From positions 1 through 56,761 of the forward strand of contig JAUCBJ010009162.1 of NCBI GenBank assembly GCA_032718475.1: 56,761 bases of DNA, given 5' to 3'. Shown in pieces: positions 1 to 11,436 of the stretch (within the stretch, counting starts at the first letter, position 1; every line of letters begins with the position of its first letter). Made by a program: the position numbers and the translations under genes. The DNA comes from Nemertoderma westbladi (Eukaryota; Animalia; Xenacoelomorpha). The notes under the pieces are model-generated. The model searched no databases and was not told the origin of the DNA. It saw nothing but the letters and a program-made list of their open reading frames with translations.

Positions 1-440
1 ATGTGAAGATGAATATGAAAAATACTGGTTGCTGAAAAATTGCGATTTGAAAAATAGTAGAAGTTACCTGTAGACACCTCTAGCGTCTGTAAAATAAAGG
101 TTGGTAAATATGAAAATACTGGTTGCTGAAAAATTGCGATTTGAAAAATAGTAGAAGTTACCTGATGCTAAGTGTCGACACTCGAACACCTGTAAAATAA
201 AGGCTTATGATTGGACGGATGAGTAGCGTTGGGGGACTAATAACGCCTCTAGCGGAAGATGCGGGAACTTGAGAAGTTGCCATGGTTACGGATTAAATGC
301 TGACATCTGATTGGTTGAAATAATAACGACCACCGCTAAAGGTTGAAATAGTGGCTTCTGATTGGACAGAGTACCAGAAATGGACGGTAATGATGGGCTA
401 CGGGTGACCATGGCCGGGTGTCATAGTATTGTATACTACT
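1..440. mobile_element. Possible right terminal inverted repeat of a Maverick/Polinton
   Basis: The segment ends in ...GTATACTACT at 440 (reverse complement AGTAGTATAC, the typical Polinton terminus). It is non-coding, with internal duplications and three TGATTGG boxes. The partner end is not in the window. Confidence 0.4.
13..203. repeat. ~95-bp direct duplication
   Basis: AATACTGGTTGCTGAAAAATTGCGATTTGAAAAATAGTAGAAGTTACCTG...TGTAAAATAAAGG occurs twice. Confidence 0.9.
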
Positions 441-550
441 CCAGTGTTTATTTGACCATATATAATTTACTTACTTATTGATCAATTGTATTTATGTAGA
501 CCTATTAATAATATAATAATGTAGTGCTGATGGTAATGTGATCTGGTCTA

Positions 551-573
551 TAATAATAATAATAATAATAATA
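551..573. repeat. (TAA)n microsatellite
   Basis: Read directly from the sequence. Confidence 0.9.
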
Positions 574-627
574 CCGATTACTAACTAATTGTGTCACTAA
601 CATCACTAAAACGGATTTCATTATGGA

Positions 628-830
628 GTGTGGGCTGATCAGTTTTGTGCGGGGGTTAAAGCAGGAATCAAAGGTGCCATTCACGCGATGACGTCGATGT
701 ATGAACATGAGACAACGGAGTGTATGTTGTTAGTCGATGCTTCCAACGCATTCAACTGTCTGAGCCGCCCAGTGGCGTTATGGAATTCGCGTGTGTATTG
801 GCACCGTTGCTCTCGCTACCTCTATAACGC
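628..830 (+). pseudogene. Non-LTR retrotransposon RT fragment, CRE-like clade
   Basis: QFCAGVKAGIKGAIHA...LLVDASNAFNCLSR matches the RT domain 2-3 pattern of CRE-type elements. Truncated on both sides. Confidence 0.7.
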
Positions 831-1349
831 TTCCGCTATCCATAATTTAATCTCATTCTCTAATCGTGTCTCATTAACGTTGTTTAACGTAATGCCATAG
901 GCTCCAATACCGCTTCCAATTTTATCACCTACGATAAAATTTTAAATCGAATCAAATCAAAGTGGATTTGCTACCCTTAGCATTTCCTTTATTTCCTCAG
1001 CGAATTCAACCTGTAATTTGGATGTCAAGGCAGGTATAGTTTAATCGGAATCCATTCTCCATTTATTCATTATATAAACATTTATTTGCAACCTGCAATA
1101 CAGTGGGGAAAAACTTACAAAAAACAGCAATATTCATAACCAAACTATGACTCATAATAAGCCAGTTATTTCGCACCACCAGTCTCACCTGTACGGAAAA
1201 TTGGAATTGAATTGGAGTTGAATTGGAAGGAAGAGATGGATCAACTTGAAATGTTGGGAAAAAATGGAAAGTTGAAAAACCCAATGAAATATACAAGCTC
1301 GAATGAGCTCCACTGATTGATTGATTGAAATCCTGACTTAACATCAATA

Positions 1350-1653
1350 ATTAACTTTTCTTTATTAGTAACAATCTTGATAACTTCAGGTTCTAACAAA
1401 GGCCACATTGCATCGCAGCAGTATCCCTAATTTTCGTTTCTCCTAGTACTCATTGAACTAACAAACCATCAGGTGTCTTACATTGAGTGATATCATAAAG
1501 CTTGGATGCAGTAATACGTCCGAACTGTACATGATGCCATAATTGACTATTAGACTGTCCTCGGGTATCTTCATACAAGGAATAACATTTATTGAAGGAT
1601 AAACATGACGAGCAATATTCTATCAAGTCCTGAGCTGTGAATACGCTCCTTTC
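1350..1653 (-). pseudogene. YqaJ/lambda-exonuclease-like domain remnant (transposon-associated)
   Basis: Manual translation gives EDTRGQSNSQLWHHVQFGRITASKLYDI...TAAMQCG...EPEV, with one stop and one frameshift. It is preceded by a TTTTAG acceptor-like site ending at 1654. Confidence 0.7.
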
Positions 1654-1881
1654 CTAAAATGCAAAAGGTTACTAATTATAAGGCTTATGTTATGTAATTA
1701 AGTTAATTATAATACCTTAACTTTATTTACTTTTTTGAAAACCACTTCCTTCACCTAATGGGGGTAGGTTGTAAAAGTTTTTCACACTTGACCAGATGAG
1801 AGTATTGAAGTAACCGAGGTCCAGTTGGGTAACGTAGTTTAATCAAGAAAAGCAATATTAACGAACAACTAAATAATCCCA

Positions 1882-1922
1882 TGGTACGTTTCGCTATATT
1901 CCAAAATAATCATCATCAGCCA
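1882..1922 (-). ncRNA. Minimal type I hammerhead ribozyme of a Penelope-like pLTR
   Basis: Minus strand reads TGG-CTGATGA-T-GATTATTTTGGAATATAGC-GAAAC-GTA-CCA: both core boxes, an imperfect stem II and a short palindromic stem III. It lies 3' of a GIY-YIG ORF. Confidence 0.75.
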
Positions 1923-2161
1923 AATAAAATAAAACAACATACTGACAGAAACTCAAAATTCAGTAATTATAACTATTTACTAAGTACGCCTAAATGTGTA
2001 CAAAAGTTTATATATTTTGAATTCAGTGACATGACAGGCTAGATTAAAGGTACAGTAGAATACAATTTCATTGAGCGATTGTGTAGGGCTCCAATAAGTA
2101 TAATTTTATGAAGCAGGTTAGAAAAGCGCGTAGAAATTAAAAGTGGAGTAGGATATGTTTG

Positions 2162-2610
2162 CTATAATAAGTATAGGGGGAAGGAAGTGCCTTGTACATT
2201 TAGAGTGGGCCTGTGTCTACCAATTAGCAAACTTTCTTTTATAAGTAGGTCATAATTGCTAGATGCATGGGCAAGGGGGGTAAAGTCTTCCATTGAAAAG
2301 GAGTGATCAGCCAGTATTGCATGTTCCCGGACGGCCGAGTGTCTATGGGCCACAGATTTTCCTGTTCGAGGTGATAAACTCAGGTGCTCACAGATTCTGA
2401 CCTTAAAATGCCTTTCGGTTTTACCGATGTAAGTATCATCGCAGATACCACACTTTAATTTATATATGGTCAGTGGACTGAGTGCACGACGAGGTAGTCT
2501 ATCTTTGAACCGGAAAAAATTTCCAAGTCTGTAGGTTGGTTTAAATACAAACTTGAAATCGCACTGAGGATAAGCTCTAGACATAATTTTCAGATAATTT
2601 AATTTTCCCC
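2162..2610 (-). pseudogene. Penelope/Poseidon-type GIY-YIG endonuclease (5'-truncated PLE)
   Basis: TIYKLKCGICDDTYIGKTERHFKVRICEH...SAVREH...IKESLLI...PTLN. Confidence 0.9.
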
Positions 2611-3295
2611 CCATGATATAGATGGTTCTGATAGATGTTCTTGATTTTCTGTTCTTAATTTTTTCGGTGAGTTTTGAGGACGACTTTCACTAAAGCTAGT
2701 ATCAGAATCCGAGTCAAATATATGACACTTTCTTTTATGATTTATTATTCATTAATAGTTTATTTGGTGAACTTGGGGGGGCATAGGAACAAGAGGGTGG
2801 CACATCAGGACCAATCAGTGGTGAATGCACATTTACCACAGATGGAGGATCAGTGGAGGTGCAGGCTGATGTTTCATACTTTAATGTAGCACCTGCAGAG
2901 TTATCTATGTCAGTCGTATCAATATCAACCTTATATCTTTTTAAAAAGCTACAGAGCTTTACAACACCGCCACTGATCCCACCACCCACAAGTATTTCTC
3001 ATTCCACCTCCACTATATTTCCAAGGGAAATAGAAATATCACCCTGAGGTATTTCTACTTCATCCACATCAGTATTATTAGTATTCTTGGGGAATTTTTT
3101 ATCAAGTCTGGCCTTTTGGTACAACCTACCTACTTCTTCCTGTGAAAACTTACTGTACTTAGTAGCTTAACACTTGCTCTCACATGGCATCAGGGTGTGG
3201 TGCTTGAGGTGGATTAATAAGTATTGTGTGGGTTCTTTGAACAAACAACCATCAACGGGACAAACAAGGTAGGTACGATTTTTGTGAGGTGCCAT
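2610..3295 (-). pseudogene. Disrupted ORF with an N-terminal C2H2-like zinc finger (retroelement 5' region)
   Basis: ATG at 3295 gives MAPHKNRTYLVCPVDGCLF...HLKHH, followed by a Ser/Pro/acidic low-complexity tract with stops and frameshifts. A second partial copy is at 7148-7586. Confidence 0.45.
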
Positions 3296-3599
3296 TTGTA
3301 AATTCGGAGAAACGTATATGCAGTCAAACAAGAAAGAGTAACTTTGAAGGAATGAGTTGAAAATTAAAACAAGAAAGATAAAAATTTGGAGGACCGAGTT
3401 AACAATTTGAATAAGAATGAAATACTTTAGAGAAATGTAGACACAGTCAAATGTCAGTAGGTGGAGAGATGAAACAGCTAAGGTGATGGAAACTTGCTTT
3501 AGACCTAATAGTTAATGTTTGCCGTATGCAAATTAGAGCTTGAGTTAGAACAATTTACTGTAGAGATGATTTTGATTAGAGTGGGTTCGTTGAGAATAG

Positions 3600-4036
3600 T
3601 TGTGCCCAAATTGGCAAGTAATATATATAATATTCCATCAACTGGCAAGTTAAATATATTAGCTTGCCTAAAATGGCATTAGCTGCTACTACTACTAGGT
3701 CGAGTGAACTCGAACAGTGGAAATGACATCCTTCCATAGGCTTCCTGCTTCTCCATAGTTGTCGCAATTTCGTTTCTCTCAAGTTCAGTATCCCTTTCAA
3801 GATGGTTTATATATATTATAGCCGGTTGTCCATGGGTACGCTTTACTTGTGTTGTTTGCCAGATAAGTAGATCTGGTATATGACCTTGTCTAGTTATATA
3901 ATAACTTGCCCAAACTGGCAATCAAATATATTAGCTTGCCCAAATGGGCAAGTTATATATTAACTTGCCCAAATTGGCAAGTTAAATATATTAGCTTGCC
4001 CAAATGAGCAAGTTATATGTATTAACTTGTCAAACT
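3600..4036. repeat. Clustered ~30-bp hairpin repeats (second copy 7890-8326)
   Basis: Variants of AACTTGCCCAAATTGGCAAGTT, each an imperfect palindrome, at about 3600-3680 and 3900-4036. Confidence 0.8.
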
Positions 4037-4089
4037 ATAAATTTATATAACAATTATCATATAATGATAACTATTATTATGTGTTTCAG

Positions 4090-4462
4090 GTCAAGTCAGC
4101 CGGATTTCTGTGGAATTTAATAGAATCTTTGGTGATTCCTCACATCCGTGTCACGGCGTCAGTATCAGGTCTCAACTTATCAACCAAACACAAAATATCC
4201 ATAATACTAGGTGAAGACATACAGACGATGACCCCTCCAACTGCTGGTGCATCAACTACATATCCAGGGATGCTGCCTCACCTTACAAAACCAGCTTATT
4301 GTAAGAAGTGTGTTGCATCCTCAGCCGTAAATATAGGGGGAAGAAGAAGCGCACATTGGAATGTAAGGAAAGCCAAGAAAAGAAAGAAAAACCTGCTGCT
4401 CGATATGTGGCAATGCATCATGTCTAAATCTCAGCAGACTTATTTGTTCTCCCTGTCTGTGA
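4090..4462 (+). pseudogene. piggyBac transposase C-terminal fragment with cysteine-rich domain (copy 1)
   Basis: FLWNLIESLVIPHI...KISIILG...YCKKC, then in the +1 frame RKTCCSICGNASCLNLSRLICSPCL*. Preceded by a TTTCAG acceptor-like site. Confidence 0.65.
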
Positions 4463-4471
4463 CATCGACCA

Positions 4472-4800
4472 GGGGCCTATTTTATAAAGCTGCCAGTAGC
4501 GAGAGAAAGTAGCCAGTAGCGAGTTAGTACATGATTTCTCAAAAATCTGTTTTATAAACGTTTAAGTAGCCAGTAGCAAGTGCGAGTAGAAAGTAGCGAG
4601 TAGCAAGTGCGAGTAGAAAGTAGCGAGTAGCGAGTGCGAGTAGAAAGTAGCGAGTGATTTTTGGGGCTGCCAGTAGGTTTCTGTTTTATAAAGCCTTTTC
4701 TTGCTTCTGGCTACTTCCTACTTTCTGTAAAATTAAGTGAGTGCCACATCGACTCGCTCTTGGCACTTTCTACTAGCAGTAACTGGGTTGCTATGGTTAT
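4472..4800 (+). mobile_element. Harbinger-like terminus with 26-bp subterminal repeats (second copy from 8761)
   Basis: Begins GGGGCCTATTTTATAAAGC. GTAGCGAGTAGCAAGTGCGAGTAGAAA repeats at 4566-4655 with partial inverted copies at 4700-4780. No partner TIR was found. Confidence 0.4.
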
Positions 4801-5242
4801 ACCTATAAACATTAGTGATCCCCCATTGGGGAATGTTACCGTGACACTGTATAGTACACTAGGGATACAATTTAGGCCTATAATATTTTTATGTGAAAAG
4901 CAATAAAAATGTACATCGTATCGTTATGTGAAGGTAGCGTACTTACAGTAATTAATGGGATCCACAGTGAAATTGTGTAGGTTAATTAAAATTTATTAAA
5001 TTTATTAAAGAACATTGGTGATTCGTGGCCAATTATAGTTTTCGATGGCCTAAAGTGCGCTTACACCATATATAAATATTTATTATGTTTTAGCATAAGA
5101 AGAAATAATAATATGTTGTAGATATAAAGTTTTTTGAAACGTTTTTCGCTATACAACAGTTTTCTGCAACAGATTTGTTGAGAAGCTGCTGAATATTGCA
5201 GAACAAGAAGTATTAGCATATTTATATATATATATATATATA

Positions 5243-7147
5243 TTAATATAAGTTTAAATTAAGTAAAGAAAGTTAGGGAATATGACTGTAGGGTGTGAGA
5301 TCAAGTTGTTTTAGTATAATAATATTTTATGATTTCAAAAAGTGACAACTTATATGATCAATCACTAAAAATTTATTTTTTTATTATTATTAGCTTTCGA
5401 TAGCTCTCTCTATCTTTTTCAAATAAACGATATTCTAGAATTAATGCACTACAAATAATAATACTACCCTAGCAACTAATGAGTTTGTTAAATCTGTGAA
5501 TCTTTAATCTTTATAATTCTTAAGGATTGAAAACATCAAGTCCAAAGTTATTGATCACCGCCTCGTTGAGAACATTCAAACCCATTGGTTGTAAAGTTTC
5601 CAACCGGCACTGCCATTCTCCCTCTTTAATTCTGAGTTTTTGTCGGTTCTGTTTTTTGTTTGCTGAGATCGGTAGACAATCAAATGGTGTAATTCTGAAG
5701 TGTGCATTGTAAGAATGACCCGAGGTAGTAAAATGTCTGTCGATGGCAGTCGATGGTTTGTCATTAATTATCTTTGTCTTGTAGTTGGCTATCCTAGGCT
5801 TTAAGTCCTCTGTTGAACCGATACCAAATAAGTTACATTTAAGGCAAGTCACCACATAAATAACATTTTTAGCATTGCAAGATAAATCATTCTTTATATA
5901 AACCCTGTGGCTTTTGTTAGTTGTTGAGCTGACATATTTTAAAGGTAATAATACTTTACAGGGGACACATGCCGCTCTGTCACATTTATGAACTCCTAGA
6001 AAATCACAAGGTGAAAGTTCCCTTGTACACCTCAGTCTGGATGGCGCAAGGATAATCTTTAAGGTTGGTGCGCGGCGAGTTACAACTTCCAATTTATGAC
6101 TATTCCAAAAAGATTTTGTCATTGAATGTTCATCTAGAATTGTGGAATGTTTTGAAATAATCACCTTGGGGTTAGGTAATAGAGGGTCATTATTGTGTAC
6201 ATAGAAAAGTTGTTTCTTTTTATTCTTTCTAGGCTTGTCTTTTTTTACTTTAAGGGCTTGAAACTGCGTACTGACTGCTGCAGAAGCAAATTGTTGAGCA
6301 ACAATTTTCTCATCCCAGCCTCTCGCGACAAATGCAGAACCATACTCAATGAGACTAGAAAAAAGATCTGAATCTAAACTACAATTCCTGCGCAAGCGTA
6401 AAGCTACACCATAAGGGATGTTTTGAATCTGTGAACGTGGATGTGCGCTTGAAGGACACAAATACTGATGTACGTCCATAGGCTTGTGATAATTTTTAGT
6501 TTGGATGTATCCACTGTCATCAATAAAAATAGTCAAATCCAGAAAATGTACTTCTTTACCAAATTGTTCTAACTTAAAGACAATCTTTCCGGGAAGTACT
6601 GTCTCATTTAAATGTGTGACTAAATTTATAACAATATCTTCCGAAAAATTAATTCCAAAGGAAATAATGTCGTCTCGGTATCTTTTGTATTCTTGTGGAC
6701 TGTTATTATAGGAAGACACTGCCGTGTCAATGAATTTGGCTCCCCATATATCGGTGTAGGTACAAGAATAAGAAGGTCCCATAGCTGAACCCCCAGACTG
6801 GGTGAAGTGTTTGCCATTGAAAGCACAATTATTGCTTTCAAGGCAAATTTTAAGAGCTTCTAATATGTATTCATTAGGTGGGTCACCTTCTGCAACAATT
6901 GTTCTGTATTGTTCCAGAGTTTCCTCAACTGCCGCTAAACCCATGCAGTTATCAACTGAAGGGAAGAAATTTGATACATCAAGGCACAAAAAGCTAGAGT
7001 TTGGCGGAAGGGGAGCTAGATGTTCATTTATATCTCGTATCCAAATCAAAACGTCAAATGTATTTTTTAGAAAAGCATCATGTTTACTACCAAACTCGTG
7101 TAAATAATATTCAACAAACTTGCCCAAACGCTCAGTAACTGATCCAC
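5243..7147 (-). mobile_element. 5'-truncated Penelope-like element (Neptune-like), copy 1
   Basis: RT plus Cys-rich linker plus GIY-YIG ORF, and a 3' UTR with a hammerhead-like motif. The 3' end abuts (TA)n at about 5223-5242. Confidence 0.9.
5387..5426 (-). ncRNA. Variant hammerhead ribozyme motif (copy 1)
   Basis: TTAT-TTGAAAAA-GATAG-AGAGAG-CTATC-GAAAGCT-A-ATAA: perfect 5-bp stem II, GAAA box and palindromic AGCT stem III, but the first core box is UUGAAAA rather than CUGAUGA. Confidence 0.55.
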
Positions 7148-7280
7148 AGGTGCAGGCTGATGTTTCATACTTTAATGTAGCACCTGCAGAGTTATCTATG
7201 TCAGTCGTATCAATATCAACCTTATATCTTTTTAAAAAGCTACAGAGCTTTACAACACCGCCACTGATCCCACCACCCAC
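5520..7280 (-). CDS. PLE reverse transcriptase/GIY-YIG endonuclease, N-terminally chimeric
   Basis: LDVSNFFPSV, GSAMGP, RYRDD, FLDL, IPYGVALRLRRNCS, KCDRAACVPC, NVIYVVTCLKC..GIG. The first ~44 aa come from the zinc-finger ORF across the 7147/7148 junction. Confidence 0.9.
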   Translation of the reverse strand: MGGGISGGVVKLCSFLKRYKVDIDTTDIDNSAGATLKYETSACTCGSVTERLGKFVEYYLHEFGSKHDAFLKNTFDVLIWIRDINEHLAPLPPNSSFLCLDVSNFFPSVDNCMGLAAVEETLEQYRTIVAEGDPPNEYILEALKICLESNNCAFNGKHFTQSGGSAMGPSYSCTYTDIWGAKFIDTAVSSYNNSPQEYKRYRDDIISFGINFSEDIVINLVTHLNETVLPGKIVFKLEQFGKEVHFLDLTIFIDDSGYIQTKNYHKPMDVHQYLCPSSAHPRSQIQNIPYGVALRLRRNCSLDSDLFSSLIEYGSAFVARGWDEKIVAQQFASAAVSTQFQALKVKKDKPRKNKKKQLFYVHNNDPLLPNPKVIISKHSTILDEHSMTKSFWNSHKLEVVTRRAPTLKIILAPSRLRCTRELSPCDFLGVHKCDRAACVPCKVLLPLKYVSSTTNKSHRVYIKNDLSCNAKNVIYVVTCLKCNLFGIGSTEDLKPRIANYKTKIINDKPSTAIDRHFTTSGHSYNAHFRITPFDCLPISANKKQNRQKLRIKEGEWQCRLETLQPMGLNVLNEAVINNFGLDVFNP

Positions 7281-8379
7281 AAGTATTTCTCATTCCACCT
7301 CCACTATATTTCCAAGGGAAATAGAAATATCACCCTGAGGTATTTCTACTTCATCCACATCAGTATTATTAGTATTCTTGGGGAATTTTTTATCAAGTCT
7401 GGCCTTTTGGTACAACCTACCTACTTCTTCCTGTGAAAACTTACTGTACTTAGTAGCTTAACACTTGCTCTCACATGGCATCAGGGTGTGGTGCTTGAGG
7501 TGGATTAATAAGTATTGTGTGGGTTCTTTGAACAAACAACCATCAACGGGACAAACAAGGTAGGTACGATTTTTGTGAGGTGCCATTTGTAAATTCGGAG
7601 AAACGTATATGCAGTCAAACAAGAAAGAGTAACTTTGAAGGAATGAGTTGAAAATTAAAACAAGAAAGATAAAATTTGGAGGACCGAGTTAACAATTTGA
7701 ATAAGAATGAAATACTTTAGAGAAATGTAGACACAGTCAAATGTCAGTAGGTGGAGAGATGAAACAGCTAAGGTGATGGAAACTTGCTTTAGACCTAATA
7801 GTTAATGTTTGCCGTATGCAAATTAGAGCTTGAGTTAGAACAATTTACTGTAGAGATGATTTTGATTAGAGTGGGTTCGTTGAGAAGAGTTGTGCCCAAA
7901 TTGGCAAGTAATATATATAATATTCCATCAACTGGCAAGTTAAATATATTAGCTTGCCTAAAATGGCATTAGCTGCTACTACTACTAGGTCGAGTGAACT
8001 CGAACAGTGGAAATGACATCCTTCCATAGGCTTCCTGCTTCTCCATAGTTGTCGCAATTTCGTTTCTCTCAAGTTCAGTATCCCTTTCAAGATGGTTTAT
8101 ATATATTATAGCCGGTTGTCCATGGGTACGCTTTACTTGTGTTGTTTGCCAGATAAGTAGATCTGGTATATGACCTTGTCTAGTTATATAATAACTTGCC
8201 CAAACTGGCAATCAAATATATTAGCTTGCCCAAATGGGCAAGTTATATATTAACTTGCCCAAATTGGCAAGTTAAATATATTAGCTTGCCCAAATGAGCA
8301 AGTTATATGTAATAACTTGTCAAACTATAAATTTATATAACAATTATCATATAATGATAACTATTATTATGTGTTTCAG

Positions 8380-8751
8380 GTCAAGTCAGCCGGATTTCTG
8401 TGGAATTTAATAGAATCTTTGGTGATTCCTCACATCCGTGTCACGGCGTCAGTATCAGGTCTCAACTTATCAACCAAACACAAAATATCCATAATACTAG
8501 GTGAAGACATACAGACGATGACCCCTCCAACTGCTGGTGCATCAACTACATATCCAGGGATGCTGCCTCACCTTACAAAACCAGCTTATTGTAAGAAGTG
8601 TGTTGCATCCTCAGCCGTAAATATGGGGGAAGAAGAAGCGCACATTGGAATGTAAGGAAAGCCAAGAAAAGAAAGAAAAACCTGCTGCTCGATATGTGGC
8701 AATGCATCATGTCTAAATCTCAGCAGACTTATTTGTTCTCCCTGTCTGTGA
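8380..8751 (+). pseudogene. piggyBac transposase C-terminal fragment (copy 2)
   Basis: As copy 1, but a 1-bp deletion puts the Cys-rich domain in frame, interrupted by a single TAA. Confidence 0.65.
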
Positions 8752-9675
8752 CATCGACCAGGGGCCTATTTTATAAAGCTGCCAGTAGCGAGAGAAAGTA
8801 GCCAGTAGCGAGTTAGTACATGATTTCTCAAAAATCTGTTTTATAAACGTTTAAGTAGCCAGTAGCAAGTGCGAGTAGAAAGTAGCGAGTAGCAAGTGCG
8901 AGTAGAAAGTAGCGAGTAGCGAGTGCGAGTAGAAAGTAGCGAGTGATTTTTGGGGCTGCCAGTAGGTTTCTGTTTTATAAAGCCTTTTCTTGCTTCTGGC
9001 TACTTCCTACTTTCTGTAAAATTAAGTGAGTGCCACATCGACTCGCTCTTGGCACTTTCTACTAGCAGTAACTGGGTTGCTATGGTTATACCTATAAACA
9101 TTAGTGATCCCCCATTGGGGAATGTTACCGTGACACTGTATAGTACACTAGGGATACAATTTAGGCCTATAATATTTTTATGTGAAAAGCAATAAAAATG
9201 TACATCGTATCGTTATGTGAAGGTAGCGTACTTACAGTAATGAATGGGATCCACAGTGAAATTGTGTAGGTTAATTAAAATTTATTAAATTTATTAAAGA
9301 ACATTGGTGATTCGTGGCCAATTATAGTTTTCGATGGCCTAAAGTGCGCTTACACCATATATAAATATTTATTATGTTTTAGCATAAGAAGAAATAATAA
9401 TATGTTGTAGATATAAAGTTTTTTGAAACGTTTTTCGCTATACAACAGTTTTCTGCAACAGATTTGTTGAGAAGCTGCTGAATATTGCAGAACAAGAAGT
9501 ATTAGCATATTTATATATATATATATATATATTAATATAAGTTTAAATTAAGTAAAGAAAGTTAGGGAATATGACTGTAGGGTGTGAGATCAAGTTGTTT
9601 TAGTATAATAATATTTTATGATTTCAAAAAGTGACAACTTATATGATCAATCACTAAAAATTTATTTTTTTATTA

Positions 9676-9715
9676 TTATTAGCTTTCGATAGCTCTCTCT
9701 ATCTTTTTCAAATAA
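9676..9715 (-). ncRNA. Variant hammerhead ribozyme motif (copy 2)
   Basis: Same sequence as 5387-5426. Confidence 0.55.
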
Positions 9716-9808
9716 ACGATATTCTAGAATTAATGCACTACAAATAATAATACTACCCTAGCAACTAATGAGTTTGTTAAATCTGTGAATCTTTAATCTT
9801 TATAATTC

Positions 9809-11436
9809 TTAAGGATTGAAAACATCAAGTCCAAAGTTATTGATCACCGCCTCGTTGAGAACATTCAAACCCATTGGTTGTAAAGTTTCCAACCGGCACT
9901 GCCATTCTCCCTCTTTAATTCTGAGTTTTTGTCGGTTCTGTTTTTTGTTTGCTGAGATCGGTAGACAATCAAATGGTGTAATTCTGAAGTGTGCATTGTA
10001 AGAATGACCCGAGGTAGTAAAATGTCTGTCGATGGCAGTCGATGGTTTGTCATTAATTATCTTTGTCTTGTAGTTGGCTATCCTAGGCTTTAAGTCCTCT
10101 GTTGAACCGATACCAAATAAGTTACATTTAAGGCAAGTCACCACATAAATAACATTTTTAGCATTGCAAGATAAATCATTCTTTATATAAACCCTGTGGC
10201 TTTTGTTAGTTGTTGAGCTGACATATTTTAAAGGTAATAATACTTTACAGGGGACACATGCCGCTCTGTCACATTTATGAACTCCTAGAAAATCACAAGG
10301 TGAAAGTTCCCTTGTACACCTCAGTCTGGATGGCGCAAGGATAATCTTTAAGGTTGGTGCGCGGCGAGTTACAACTTCCAATTTATGACTATTCCAAAAA
10401 GATTTTGTCATTGAATGTTCATCTAGAATTGTGGAATGTTTTGAAATAATCACCTTGGGGTTAGGTAATAGAGGGTCATTATTGTGTACATAGAAAAGTT
10501 GTTTCTTTTTATTCTTTCTAGGCTTGTCTTTTTTTACTTTAAGGGCTTGAAACTGCGTACTGACTGCTGCAGAAGCAAATTGTTGAGCAACAATTTTCTC
10601 ATCCCAGCCTCTCGCGACAAATGCAGAACCATACTCAATGAGACTAGAAAAAAGATCTGAATCTAAACTACAATTCCTGCGCAAGCGTAAAGCTACACCA
10701 TAAGGGATGTTTTGAATCTGTGAACGTGGATGTGCGCTTGAAGGACACAAATACTGATGTACGTCCATAGGCTTGTGATAATTTTTAGTTTGGATGTATC
10801 CACTGTCATCAATAAAAATAGTCAAATCCAGAAAATGTACTTCTTTACCAAATTGTTCTAACTTAAAGACAATCTTTCCGGGAAGTACTGTCTCATTTAA
10901 ATGTGTGACTAAATTTATAACAATATCTTCCGAAAAATTAATTCCAAAGGAAATAATGTCGTCTCGGTATCTTTTGTATTCTTGTGGACTGTTATTATAG
11001 GAAGACACTGCCGTGTCAATGAATTTGGCTCCCCATATATCGGTGTAGGTACAAGAATAAGAAGGTCCCATAGCTGAACCCCCAGACTGGGTGAAGTGTT
11101 TGCCATTGAAAGCACAATTATTGCTTTCAAGGCAAATTTTAAGAGCTTCTAATATGTATTCATTAGGTGGGTCACCTTCTGCAACAATTGTTCTGTATTG
11201 TTCCAGAGTTTCCTCAACTGCCGCTAAACCCATGCAGTTATCAACTGAAGGGAAGAAATTTGATACATCAAGGCACAAAAAGCTAGAGTTTGGCGGAAGG
11301 GGAGCTAGACGTTCATTTATATCTCGTATCCAAATCAAAACGTCAAATGTATTTTTTAGAAAAGCATCATGTTTACTACCAAACTCGTGTAAATAATATT
11401 CAACAAACTTGCCCAAACGCTCAGTAACTGATCCAC
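9809..11436 (-). CDS. PLE RT/GIY-YIG ORF, copy 2 (open into the gap)
   Basis: Same protein as copy 1 except for one H/R change. The 5' side is cut by the N-gap. Confidence 0.9.

Larger units (their letters stand above)
2857..11436. repeat. 4.29-kb tandem duplication (units 2857-7147 and 7148-11436)
   Basis: Paired ORFs are offset by 4289-4291 bp. Only about six differences were seen by eye. Unit 2 ends exactly at the gap. Confidence 0.95.

Noticed and set aside
505-708. Poly-Tyr ORF
   Set aside because: Artefact of the (TAA)n microsatellite.
5520-7147. Selenocysteine-recoding (Naiad-type) PLE
   Set aside because: No in-frame TGA in the ORF, and a hammerhead-type pLTR is present.
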